Below are positions 10,203-19,366 of a DNA stretch of 64,000 bases, in pieces. This DNA is from an uncultured Duncaniella sp. (GTDB lineage Bacteria; Bacteroidota; Bacteroidia; Bacteroidales; Muribaculaceae). Under the pieces are notes generated by a model. It saw nothing but the letters and a program-made list of their open reading frames with translations. It did no database searches and was not told where the DNA came from. The stretch's first letter is position 1. Each line of letters opens with the position of its first letter. The DNA lies in the NCBI GenBank assembly GCA_910578515.1, contig CAJTQR010000004.1, forward strand, positions 7,268 to 71,267, written 5' to 3'. The position numbers and the translations under genes are program-made.

Positions 10203-11144
10203 TTATCGTTCGGCTCGCATCGGGTTATTCAGAAAATCAGCATACGCCAGACGTATACCCTCGGGCAATTCAGTGGTATAATGCCATCCGAGTGCAGCTG
10301 CCTTCGAAACATCCAGCAGTTTACGCGGAGTACCGTTGGGTTTAGAGCTGTCCCATACTATACGTCCTTCATAACCAACAGTCTTAGCCACCAATTCCGC
10401 CAATTCCTTAATGCTAAGTTCCTTGCCTGAACCGGCGTTGACAGTCTCATTACCAGAATAATTGTTCATCAGGAACACACAGAGATTGGCAAGGTCATCC
10501 ACATAGAGGAACTCGCGCAGTGGCGAACCATCACCCCAGCAGACCACTTCATCCAGACCCTCTTCCTTCGCCTCATGGAATCGGCGAATAAGCGCCGGAA
10601 GGACATGAGAATGTGTGGGATGATAATTATCATTGGGTCCATACAGATTGGTGGGCATCACCGAGATATAGTCAGTGCCATACTGTCGGTTAAGGAATTC
10701 GCAATATTTTAGACCTGAGATTTTTGCCAAGGCGTAAGCCTCATTGGTCTTCTCAAGTTCCGATGTAAGTAGACAGCTTTCAGGCATTGGTTGCGGCGCC
10801 ATGCGGGGATAGATACATGAGGAGCCGAGAAATTCAAGTTTCTTGCATCCGTTACGCCACGCAGCATTGATTACATTCATCTCCAGCATCATGTTCTCAT
10901 ACATGAAATCGGCAAGCGCTGAAGAATTAGCCTCTATACCTCCCACCTTTGCAGCAGCAAGAAATACATACTCAGGTTTCTCCTCTGCAAAAAAGTCATT
11001 AACCGCCTGCTGATTTGTCAAGTCAAGTTCCTTATGTGTGCGGGTGATGATATTATCATATCCTTGACGGTGCAATTCACGCACTATAGCCGAGCCTACC
11101 ATTCCACGGTGACCGGCCACATATATTTTTGAATTCTTTTCCAT
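10203..11144 (-). CDS. fcl: GDP-L-fucose synthase
   Basis: [25 protein letters not shown] and YALAK motifs are typical of GDP-4-keto-6-deoxymannose epimerase/reductase. Confidence 0.93.
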   Translation of the reverse strand: MEKNSKIYVAGHRGMVGSAIVRELHRQGYDNIITRTHKELDLTNQQAVNDFFAEEKPEYVFLAAAKVGGIEANSSALADFMYENMMLEMNVINAAWRNGCKKLEFLGSSCIYPRMAPQPMPESCLLTSELEKTNEAYALAKISGLKYCEFLNRQYGTDYISVMPTNLYGPNDNYHPTHSHVLPALIRRFHEAKEEGLDEVVCWGDGSPLREFLYVDDLANLCVFLMNNYSGNETVNAGSGKELSIKELAELVAKTVGYEGRIVWDSSKPNGTPRKLLDVSKAAALGWHYTTELPEGIRLAYADFLNNPMRAER

Positions 11145-11190
11145 ATTATTCTCTTATCTACTTTTCTTATCTGTCTTTTCTTAACGATTG

Positions 11191-11198
11191 CAAAGTTA
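11191..11198 (-). promoter_or_regulatory. putative -7 box (TAACTTTG on minus strand)
   Basis: Plus strand CAAAGTTA, 47 nt upstream of the fcl ATG. Confidence 0.4.
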
Positions 11199-11255
11199 CA
11201 AAATTTCGATGTGTTCTAAAAACAAATCGAAAAACATGCCACGTCCAAGCTATCC

Positions 11256-11954
11256 TCATACACTGTAACCCAGCAATGACAGTATGAATGGCGCAAGAAG
11301 CGCGGTGAACAGCCCGTTGAGTGTGAGACCTAAAGAGGAAAAGGCTCCATAGCGGTAACCTTTCTCCATGGCAGCCGATGTGCCTATGGCATGAGCGGCT
11401 GTCCCTATAGAGATTCCGGATGCTATCGGACTCTTTATTCTGCTGATTTTAACCATTCTGAATCCGGCCATACCCCCAAAGATTCCGGTGCATATCACCA
11501 CCGCAGCCGTGAGAGGTGGCACACCACCTACAGCGGCAGCGATTTCCATCGCTATCGGTGTTGTAACAGCTTTTGGAGCAAGCGATACCACAACCTCACG
11601 GGTAGCGCCCAACAGTTCTGCAACTCCTACCACTGAGATTATACCAGTCACACATCCTGCGAACTCCGCAAGAAGCAGAGGCAACAATTGTTTCTTGATT
11701 GACTCCAATTGTCTGTAAAGAGGCACACCAAGCGCCACTACCGCAGGCTTGAGCCAAAAATCAATATACTCCCCACTCATGGCATATGTCTCGTAAGGCA
11801 CATCGCACACCAGGAGAAATAGTATCAGAAGCACTATTGATATCAGGATAGGGTTGAGCAGTGTCATCCCTGTGCGCCGTTGCAGATACCTTGACCCAAG
11901 AAAAGCTGCAAATGTAAGCGCTATCAGAAAAAATTTATTCTCGAGAAAGCTCAT
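11256..11954 (-). CDS. lrgB: LrgB-family membrane protein
   Basis: Polytopic ~230-aa protein whose start overlaps the preceding LrgA-like gene by 20 nt. AVTTPIAMEI and GTAAHAIGT motifs are typical of LrgB. Confidence 0.85.
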   Translation of the reverse strand: MSFLENKFFLIALTFAAFLGSRYLQRRTGMTLLNPILISIVLLILFLLVCDVPYETYAMSGEYIDFWLKPAVVALGVPLYRQLESIKKQLLPLLLAEFAGCVTGIISVVGVAELLGATREVVVSLAPKAVTTPIAMEIAAAVGGVPPLTAAVVICTGIFGGMAGFRMVKISRIKSPIASGISIGTAAHAIGTSAAMEKGYRYGAFSSLGLTLNGLFTALLAPFILSLLGYSV

Positions 11955-12300
11955 GATGCGGGGAGAATGTGCGTCGTACCAGCTGATGCACCCAGCCGGT
12001 CACCGCGATTATCACAAATGTACTTACCACTGTTGCGCCGATAATAGGAAGCCACTGTTCGGATATAAGTCCGAAACAACGCATTAATCCTACCCCGGCC
12101 GGCACAAAGAAAAAGCCGAGATTGCTCACAAGAAAATCGGAGATTTTATCAACCCACATCAACCTTACCAACCTGACTTTCAGCGCACACGCCAAAAGCA
12201 ACATCCCTATGATGCTCGAAGGGATGGGAATACCGGTAAGGTATACTATCAACTCGCCCAATGCCAAAAAGGCAAACAGGACAGCACATTGAAGAATCAT
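11935..12300 (-). CDS. lrgA: CidA/LrgA-family holin-like membrane protein
   Basis: 121 aa with four hydrophobic helices; LGELIVYLTGIPIPSSIIGMLLL is the LrgA signature; paired with lrgB. Confidence 0.8.
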   Translation of the reverse strand: MILQCAVLFAFLALGELIVYLTGIPIPSSIIGMLLLACALKVRLVRLMWVDKISDFLVSNLGFFFVPAGVGLMRCFGLISEQWLPIIGATVVSTFVIIAVTGWVHQLVRRTFSPHHELSRE

Positions 12301-12402
12301 AACCTAAAACAATTATTACCTAAATCAATTTTTATAACCTATTGCTGACCATGGAGATTTTCCATGCTGAACATATAATAAATGCGTGTTTTTTTAACGG
12401 CA

Positions 12403-12410
12403 CAAAATTA
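12403..12410 (-). promoter_or_regulatory. putative -7 box (TAATTTTG on minus strand)
   Basis: Plus strand CAAAATTA, upstream of lrgA. Confidence 0.35.
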
Positions 12411-12453
12411 CAATAAAGAACCGATTTAACACCACTTCTGAGTGTTAAATCGG
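12411..12453 (-). terminator. rho-independent terminator closing the 16457-12542 operon
   Basis: 12-bp stem ccgatttaacac/gtgttaaatcgg, followed on the minus strand by ttctttatt. Confidence 0.55.
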
Positions 12454-12541
12454 TCTCACGGTCTAATAAAAAAATCAGTCTAAATCTGCCGTATATTTAA
12501 TAATTAGATTAATTCACTATCTATCAACGGACTATAGGCAA

Positions 12542-13060
12542 TCATCGGCGAAGCAGCAGGTTAATCACCACCCATCCGCCGAATACCTGTGCAAGCATCC
12601 CCGGCACACCTATGCGAAAATCCTGAAAAGCATCGTAAAGTGTATCGCCCATCATCCACTCGCCCATTGTACCGACAAGTTGATAAGCAATCACCACAAG
12701 CGCAAGCAGCAGCAACGATGCCCTGCGAAAACGTGAGGCGGTGAAACCTGCAATACCGGCGAGCAGGGTAGATTTAAGAATTATGGCAGGCAGCACCGAG
12801 ACATGAGGCATACCAAAAAGCAGCGAATTAACAATCGGCGACGCCAATGCGGTGAGCAAGCCGACTTTCCACCCGTATTTATAGGCTCCAATCAAGGTAA
12901 AGAAATAGATTGGCAACCACCTCACCCCTCCCATCGGGAATAAATGACATATTTGTGGCAACACCACGTTTCCAAGTATAAATAGCGAAGCCACCATATA
13001 TGTAGTGAGCCTCGAATACTCCAATGAGTAGAATTTTATTGTAGTTGTCTGCATATTCAT
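12542..13060 (-). CDS. small polytopic membrane protein, ECF-transporter S-component-like
   Basis: 172 aa, five to six hydrophobic segments, ATG start. The family call is tentative and rests on size and topology only. Confidence 0.55.
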   Translation of the reverse strand: MNMQTTTIKFYSLEYSRLTTYMVASLFILGNVVLPQICHLFPMGGVRWLPIYFFTLIGAYKYGWKVGLLTALASPIVNSLLFGMPHVSVLPAIILKSTLLAGIAGFTASRFRRASLLLLALVVIAYQLVGTMGEWMMGDTLYDAFQDFRIGVPGMLAQVFGGWVVINLLLRR

Positions 13061-13092
13061 TTTTAATTATTACAAACACTTGCTCGAACAAG

Positions 13093-13509
13093 CTATTCCT
13101 TATTATTTATGAATGCTTCAATTCTTTTGAGACATTCCTCCGGGCTTTCACAATCCTTACAGCGGATTTCCAGCGGACACCATCCGTCACGCTTGCGGTT
13201 TATTATATGCGGGACTTCGAGACCGAAAGTCACCTCTACGTCACTCCCGTCGAAAAGTTGCAGTGCCGGAGTGCTTATCACCTCTGAGTGAACCATCTTG
13301 GCACCTCCGAGTATCATAAGGGCAGCCGCTGCACGACCTACCACCTTGTCGGCGATAGTAGCCCCATTCAGAAAATCCGGCTCCTCATTAAGCAGTCGGT
13401 AAAGGTCGCTGACACCGCGTCCCTCAAACCCTCGCACCTCGCCGCAAGTCGGACATACCACCAATGTGTATCCCTCACTGCGAAGCTTTCCACGCAAGCT
13501 CTCTATCAT
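13093..13509 (-). CDS. DUF1893-like protein
   Basis: 138 aa. The GRGVSDLYRLL...IADKVVGRAAAALMILGG pattern matches my recall of DUF1893. The start overlaps the upstream stop by ATGA (13506-13509). Confidence 0.6.
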   Translation of the reverse strand: MIESLRGKLRSEGYTLVVCPTCGEVRGFEGRGVSDLYRLLNEEPDFLNGATIADKVVGRAAAALMILGGAKMVHSEVISTPALQLFDGSDVEVTFGLEVPHIINRKRDGWCPLEIRCKDCESPEECLKRIEAFINNKE

Positions 13510-14906
13510 AGCGTACCTTGTTTCAGATGCTCGACAAAGTCGTTAATTCTATTCATCTCCTTCGGGATATTTATGCCCTGCGGACAGTGTGGACGACACT
13601 CGTTACAGTTGATGCAATGGTCTGCCTGACGCAGTTTAGGCACCGAGCGGTCATAGCCCACAAGAAAAGCCTGACGAGCCTTTCGATAATTTTCAGCCTG
13701 ACGATTCTCCGGCACATTACCCTCATTCACACACTTATTGTAATGAAGAAGAATAGCAGGGATATCCAACCCATAGGGGCAAGGCATACAGTATTTGCAG
13801 TCATTACACGGTATGGTGGGATAATGCATCATAAGGTCGGCTGTGTCATAGAGAAATTGGGTCTCTTCCTGGGTCAATGGTTTCAGCGGACAATAGGTGG
13901 AGAGATTATCCTCCAGATGCTCCATATATGTCATTCCGCTCAGCACTGTGAGCACTCCCGCAGGTGTGCCTGCATAGCGGAAAGCCCACGAAGCCACACT
14001 CCTCTCTGGTTCTTTCTGCTTCAGTCGCGCCACAATGTGGTCGGGCACCTTTGATAAACGGCCTCCAAGCAGCGGCTCCATTATCACCGCCGGGATATTT
14101 CGTTTTTCAAGCTCGCCATAAAGATATTCAGCATTGGTGTTACGCTTGTTGATTTCCGAAGCATGCTTCCAGTCAAGATAGTTGAGCTGAATCTGCACGA
14201 AATCCCATTTATATTTGTCATGCTGCGACAAAAGGTAATCAAACACCTTGATGTCACCATGATACGAAAATCCAAGATTACGTATGCGCCCGGCTTCCCG
14301 CTCGGCAAGCAGATAGTCGAGCACACCGTTGTCAATATAGCGGGCGTTAAGTGCTTCCATACCATCCTCCCCCATGCCTATGCCATGGAGCAGCAGATAG
14401 TCGATATAATCCACCTGCAATTCCTTGAATGAATTGTGATACATCTTCAACGATTCCTCACGGCTCCAGGTGGAAGGGGAAAAATTGGATAGTTTAGTGG
14501 CTATGTAATATGACTCACGAGGATGGCGAGCAAGCGCTATGCCCGTGGCACGTTCGGAGCGCCCCTTGCAGTAAGCGGGGGATGTGTCAAAATAGTTCAC
14601 ACCATACTCCAGCGCCTTGTCTACAAGACGGTTGATAGTTTCTTGGTCAAGAGTCTCGTCAGGGTCATGAAGAGTGGGCCAACGCATACATCCATATCCG
14701 AGCACCGACACCTTTTCACCGGTCTTAGGATTTGTACGATAAGTCATCTTCCCCTTCTCAAGTTGCGGGGCTGCCGAGGCAGTGATTCCTGTCACGGGAT
14801 TCTTCCCTGACTCACATCCTGCCAGAGCAAGAGTAGTCACGGCTGCACCCGAGCCAAAAAGTTTCAGGAACCCCCTGCGGTCCATATTATTATTTTCCTT
14901 TTTCAT
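13506..14906 (-). CDS. Tat-signal lipoprotein aldo/keto reductase with a C-terminal 2x[4Fe-4S] ferredoxin domain
   Basis: The ORF-track start at 14951 is GTG; I used the ATG at 14906: MKKENNNMDRRGFLKLFGSGAAVTTLALAGC (twin-arginine plus lipobox). AKR body (GYGCMRWP, YFDTSPAYCKGRSE). C-terminal CNDCKYCMPCP and CINCNECRPHCP. Confidence 0.85.
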   Translation of the reverse strand: MKKENNNMDRRGFLKLFGSGAAVTTLALAGCESGKNPVTGITASAAPQLEKGKMTYRTNPKTGEKVSVLGYGCMRWPTLHDPDETLDQETINRLVDKALEYGVNYFDTSPAYCKGRSERATGIALARHPRESYYIATKLSNFSPSTWSREESLKMYHNSFKELQVDYIDYLLLHGIGMGEDGMEALNARYIDNGVLDYLLAEREAGRIRNLGFSYHGDIKVFDYLLSQHDKYKWDFVQIQLNYLDWKHASEINKRNTNAEYLYGELEKRNIPAVIMEPLLGGRLSKVPDHIVARLKQKEPERSVASWAFRYAGTPAGVLTVLSGMTYMEHLEDNLSTYCPLKPLTQEETQFLYDTADLMMHYPTIPCNDCKYCMPCPYGLDIPAILLHYNKCVNEGNVPENRQAENYRKARQAFLVGYDRSVPKLRQADHCINCNECRPHCPQGINIPKEMNRINDFVEHLKQGTL

Positions 14907-14954
14907 GCTTGTAAATTGCTCCTGAAAATTTTTTACTTTCCTTGTCAACACCCT

Positions 14955-16457
14955 CTAAATTTCACGATGCTGCTCATGCCCTTCCACATATATGGCGCTG
15001 AAGGGACGGGAAGGACAGAGATTCTCACATGCGCCGCAACCTATGCAACGCTCGTCGTTCACCACCGGTATCTGCGGTGAATCAGGATTGGACGGGTCGC
15101 TCGCCACCATCGTAATGGCTCCCACCGGACATTTGCGGGCACAGTTGCCGCAACTTACACCCTCCGTGAGCGGAAGGCAGTTTTCTTTAACCCACACCGC
15201 ATGACCTATCTGGATAGATGCCTTGTCGGCTTGGGTGATTTTCGTGATAGCTCCGGCAGGACAGACTTCCGAGCATTTTGTACACTCCGGACGACAAAAC
15301 CCAAGTTCATAAGACGATTCCGGTTGCATGAATGTCGTCAAGTCTGTGGAAGGTCGTAGCACCTTTGTCGGGCACACGGACACACACAGCTGACACGCCG
15401 TGCAGTGGTTATAGAAATGTCGTAGACCTTTTGCTCCGGGCGGCACTATACGGGTACGCCGCTCCGGGATTTTCTTATCCTCGATTACAGCCAGTCCGCC
15501 ATCCACCACTTTGTCCTGAGCCTGCAAAGCGGCCGAAGCAGCGACAGCACCCATCCCTGCCATAAACGCACGGCGTCCTCCATCTGAACCTGACTTCTTT
15601 TCCGAGACCTCCTCTGTGTGAGCGGTATCCTTCACCGGCTTGAGATGTCGATAGCTGATGGCATGCTGATGACAATTATCTATACAGTCCATACAAGCCA
15701 CACAACGTGAATAATCAATACAGTGGTTCTTTGTGTCGATACAGGCAGCTTTACAGCGACGACCGCAAAGTCCGCAGCCATTACACTTTGAAGTGTCAAT
15801 CACAGGTTTCAGCCATGAATATTTCGACAGAAAACCAAGCACTGTACCCACCGGACAAATAGTATTGCAATATGTACGTCCATTGCGCCATGAGAGCACA
15901 AACAGGACAATTGCAGTCACACCCGCAACCGCCATAGTAGTGCTTCTGAACAATATTTCTGTTTCGTAAAATGCGTATGAGTCAGCCTGCTCTGCATATC
16001 CGGCCAGCAAATTGTTGCACCAGGCATATACCGGTCCCAACAAGCCGGAGGCTATGCGACCGTAGGAGCTGTAGGGCTCAAGAAGTGTGAAAAACGCAGC
16101 TATTCCCGCCACTAAGGCTATTACGAATGCCGCCAATACCCCGTAGCGTAGCCATGATATGGCAGGTGAATAGGAATACTTGTTGCGGCTTTTTTTCCCT
16201 TGCTTTCCAAGCCATGCGAAAAAATCCTGCATCACTCCGAGCGGGCAAATCACGGAGCAATATACACGCCCCAAAACCAATGTCATAATTACGAGCGCAG
16301 CCACCACCCCAACATTGAGAGCGAGCACTGCCGGGAGAAACTGCACCTTAGCCATCCATCCGAACCAGGCATGAACTGTGCCTGTGAAGTCGAGAAAAAG
16401 CAATGTTATGGCAATCCAAAACAATAAGGCTATGACAAGTCTTATCTTACGTAGCAT
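14955..16457 (-). CDS. membrane polyferredoxin, NapH-like N-terminal half fused to a NapG-like C-terminal half
   Basis: TM helices with CSVICPLG and CNTICPVG (CxxxCP) plus CNGCGLCGRRC and CVACMDCIDNC. An internal GGRRAFMAGMGAVAASAALQA segment follows, then four further Cys clusters (CTACQLCVSVCP, CTKCSEVCP, CGNCARKCP, CIGCGACENLCP). Confidence 0.8.
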   Translation of the reverse strand: MLRKIRLVIALLFWIAITLLFLDFTGTVHAWFGWMAKVQFLPAVLALNVGVVAALVIMTLVLGRVYCSVICPLGVMQDFFAWLGKQGKKSRNKYSYSPAISWLRYGVLAAFVIALVAGIAAFFTLLEPYSSYGRIASGLLGPVYAWCNNLLAGYAEQADSYAFYETEILFRSTTMAVAGVTAIVLFVLSWRNGRTYCNTICPVGTVLGFLSKYSWLKPVIDTSKCNGCGLCGRRCKAACIDTKNHCIDYSRCVACMDCIDNCHQHAISYRHLKPVKDTAHTEEVSEKKSGSDGGRRAFMAGMGAVAASAALQAQDKVVDGGLAVIEDKKIPERRTRIVPPGAKGLRHFYNHCTACQLCVSVCPTKVLRPSTDLTTFMQPESSYELGFCRPECTKCSEVCPAGAITKITQADKASIQIGHAVWVKENCLPLTEGVSCGNCARKCPVGAITMVASDPSNPDSPQIPVVNDERCIGCGACENLCPSRPFSAIYVEGHEQHREI

Positions 16458-16554
16458 ACTTTATACGTTTTGCAATAAATGTTTAGTAAAATGGAGCGAA
16501 CCGTGGCAACATAGCGAAAATGCCAGATGATTCAAAATGCTGTTATTTCGGTTA

Positions 16555-16562
16555 CAAATTTA
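16555..16562 (-). promoter_or_regulatory. putative -7 box (TAAATTTG on minus strand)
   Basis: Plus strand CAAATTTA, ~100 nt upstream of the ATG at 16457. Confidence 0.4.
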
Positions 16563-16700
16563 CTAAATAATCTTATCTCCCCATTATCAAATCCTTACTA
16601 AAAATGCGGGAATTCATACCAATATTGCTTTTTTATATACAATTACTCCACAATCCGATACATTTCATAGCCTCGTTCATACCACCACTACATCTCCTTA

Positions 16701-17564
16701 CTAATTATAGTCGGTTTCTATCAGGTCAAAGTATTCTTTCTGCTTCATGTTGAGATTTACCTTTCCTCCGGTCATTGCGTTTATCTGCGCTGAACGATTA
16801 TTGCGTCCGTAAGCCTTGACTTTCAAAAAAGCAATTCTATCTGAATTATAGTATTTTTCTGTGTCAAACGGCTCTTTCAGAGGCTCATCGCATTTCTCCA
16901 AACCGTTTATCTCAAAACTATACAACTTGTCGGCAGTCTCCGCCTCAAGTATCAGTCCCGGGAGTCCGCACAATTGCCACGGTCCATCGGTGACTGGAAT
17001 CTCTTGAGCAAACCATGCATACCACTTTCTTCCATGATAATCAGCCTCCGCCAGTTGGCATTCGTAACCCATCACAGTTTTAGTTGAATCCAATATCTCC
17101 CACTTGATATCATCCATCGGCACTGTATAATGATGTTTGTCACCACCCGTACTGTCCCATACATCTATCACTCCTGCGGCGAAATTCTTCCGGTTCAATG
17201 TTCTTGACTGTTGCATCACACCCTTCTCTTCCATAATCTTAAACGGCTGAGCTCCGGAACGCATGAATTCTTCAAAAGCAGCACTTGTAATCTGCTCCAG
17301 CACTTTTCGCCCTGCCGGGTCATGCTCGAGGGAGTCCACATAGTAAGTGCGTGGATTGTAATAGTAGGAATATCCGGGCGCTATCTGAAGGATAAACTGA
17401 TAGTTTGTGCTAAACGTATCGCCGTTTTCCTTTCTACTTTCGGCGGCAATAGCTGTATACTGTGCCTTCATAACCGCACGTGGCAATGTCTCACTCTTTC
17501 CTATCGCCACCGAAGCCAGTGTGCAAAACAATAAAGTCGCAAGCATCAATACATTTCTATTCAT
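16701..17564 (-). CDS. GLPGLI-family protein
   Basis: Signal peptide plus the eponymous LCGLPGLILEA motif. Confidence 0.85.
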   Translation of the reverse strand: MNRNVLMLATLLFCTLASVAIGKSETLPRAVMKAQYTAIAAESRKENGDTFSTNYQFILQIAPGYSYYYNPRTYYVDSLEHDPAGRKVLEQITSAAFEEFMRSGAQPFKIMEEKGVMQQSRTLNRKNFAAGVIDVWDSTGGDKHHYTVPMDDIKWEILDSTKTVMGYECQLAEADYHGRKWYAWFAQEIPVTDGPWQLCGLPGLILEAETADKLYSFEINGLEKCDEPLKEPFDTEKYYNSDRIAFLKVKAYGRNNRSAQINAMTGGKVNLNMKQKEYFDLIETDYN

Positions 17565-17888
17565 TATTATTGTAATTATAGGTTCGTATTATTAAACTGA
17601 TTTAAATTATCGTTTACTTATACCGCAAATTTAATAAATTAAATCCCGTAACCAAAAATTTTTCGCCCTATTTTTTTAGTTACTGTTCCAGTTTTTCCGA
17701 ATACACCAGAAAACGCGACTTTTTCCGACCATTACAGTCAAGGTTTTCATAGATTAAAAACAGTTTTTACGGCTGATACTGTAAAATAAAAGAGGAGGCT
17801 GTCTAACAATAAAAGTTAGGCAGTCTCCTGATGCGCTATAAGTTCTCAATCCTAATTTTAATCGGATAGTTTTATCAAGTCTCCAACG

Positions 17889-18656
17889 TTATTTGTTGCT
17901 GGAGTATTTGACCGGCGTAAGATAGTAGACATTCTCGCCCCATTCATCATATTCAATATTATGTCCGATAACTCTAATTTCACAAGGCTCATCATGATGC
18001 TTGTGGATGTTTTCGGGCATGGATGTATGAATCAGGTAACAATCATCGTTGTTGGGGTTGCCGTTTGTATTTGGTAATGAAAGGTGTTGGACAGATATGA
18101 TTTTTAGGCGGTTACCATCGGCATAGACCTCGAATTCAATCTGTTTGGGTTCTACAGTTACTTTCCAGTTCTTTTCCTGCGAAGTTTTGTCCATGAATCC
18201 TGGGTCTTCCAAAACCTTTGTCACACTCATCGGTCTTGTGTAAATCAGCAGTTCCTGACGACCGCCGAATTCAAAAAAGGCAGTAGTGCCATAGAGCTCC
18301 AATTTATCATAGCGGATATTCAACCGGATGTCTCTGTTGGCAGGCACATTCCAAGCCCAGAACTCAAGTTTCATATCTTTCTTTTCGACCTGTTGCATGC
18401 GTGGATATTCTTTCAGGCGCAACGCCGCCAGGCAGGCATAGTGACCTTTTGCAATACTGTCAAGACGATAGTGACCTTCTGCATCTGAATATGTCTCGTA
18501 TGCCATGGAGAAATCCGGATTGTAAAGACACACATAACAAGAGTCAACATTATTCCCTTTGTAGTCTGTCACTTTTCCGGCAATGCTTACAAAATCGTCA
18601 GCTGAAGCATTGAATGCAGCGATTAAAAGAATTGATATTAAGCATAATTTGTTCAT
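17889..18656 (-). CDS. hypothetical secreted protein with an N-terminal carboxypeptidase-regulatory-like domain
   Basis: Signal peptide. The IAGKVTDYKGNNVDSCYVCLY...SDAEGHYRLDSIAKGHY pattern resembles CarboxypepD_reg. Confidence 0.55.
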   Translation of the reverse strand: MNKLCLISILLIAAFNASADDFVSIAGKVTDYKGNNVDSCYVCLYNPDFSMAYETYSDAEGHYRLDSIAKGHYACLAALRLKEYPRMQQVEKKDMKLEFWAWNVPANRDIRLNIRYDKLELYGTTAFFEFGGRQELLIYTRPMSVTKVLEDPGFMDKTSQEKNWKVTVEPKQIEFEVYADGNRLKIISVQHLSLPNTNGNPNNDDCYLIHTSMPENIHKHHDEPCEIRVIGHNIEYDEWGENVYYLTPVKYSSNK

Positions 18657-18737
18657 TCGAGTCGATGTCTTTTAGTTGGTAACAATGATATATGTGAGAG
18701 CCGGTCCGGAACAAAATGTGCAAGCCTTCACGCTTGG

Positions 18738-18745
18738 CAAAGATA
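18738..18745 (-). promoter_or_regulatory. putative -7 box (TATCTTTG on minus strand)
   Basis: Plus strand CAAAGATA, upstream of the 17889-18656 gene. Confidence 0.4.
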
Positions 18746-18874
18746 CAATAATAATTATAATAAGTAAGTAGTGAAAATTAATTTATACTAAACCACATGG
18801 GCAAAATTTTTAGTATAAACTAATTTTCAACATTTACTTATTATAAAAATTTTAATCAGTTCATTATGAGTAAT

Positions 18875-19255
18875 TCACTCTTCCGCAGGAATTTCAGCAT
18901 TAATGCCAAAAAGGAGAACGTTGCTGATTGTCTCCTGAAACTCCTCCCTGACCTTGATTCCCTCCTCGCCTACCTGCGCATCGCTAAGTTGAGAAGTCTT
19001 GCTTATAATTGCCATAGTGTTGGCATCGGCAAGCTGACCTAAAAGATTCTGAAGCTTCTTGGAGTTCTTATCCTTCACGCTTTCCTGCAACTGACGGGTG
19101 AAATCACCCACATAGTCAATCAATACTTTCGCCTCGTCCTTTGATATTTTCTCCACAGGAAGCTGCGCTATTTCCTCGGGAGTGGCTGAGGTTCCACATG
19201 ATGAAAGCATGGGCAAAATGAGTAACCCGAAAATAAATAAAAACAATTTTTTCAT
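18875..19255 (-). CDS. hypothetical helical lipoprotein
   Basis: The ORF-track start at 19309 is GTG. The ATG at 19255 gives MKKLFLFIFGLLILPMLSSCG (lipobox). Lies 111 nt downstream of the MFS gene on the same strand. Confidence 0.6.
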   Translation of the reverse strand: MKKLFLFIFGLLILPMLSSCGTSATPEEIAQLPVEKISKDEAKVLIDYVGDFTRQLQESVKDKNSKKLQNLLGQLADANTMAIISKTSQLSDAQVGEEGIKVREEFQETISNVLLFGINAEIPAEE

Positions 19256-19366
19256 CACTTGATATTTTAAAGGATGTTTAATGACAATTGTCAATGACAA
19301 ACGGCACACATATATAAAACCGTTTTTCTATTTTATGCAAAATTACTCATTTTTTCCATACGACCC

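Noticed and set aside
2252-12300. A LytS-type kinase and LytTR regulator controlling the lrgAB genes 8 kb away, as in Firmicutes
   Set aside because: The two loci are separated by six unrelated genes on the opposite strand. The kinase shows only the generic His_kinase core. No sequence evidence links the two loci.
17794-17829. Hairpin ggaggctgtctaac/gttaggcagtctcc as the terminator of the 17889-18656 gene
   Set aside because: On the minus-strand RNA the two imperfect positions are C-A mismatches (they are G-U only on the plus strand), so the stem is weak. I did not list it as a feature.
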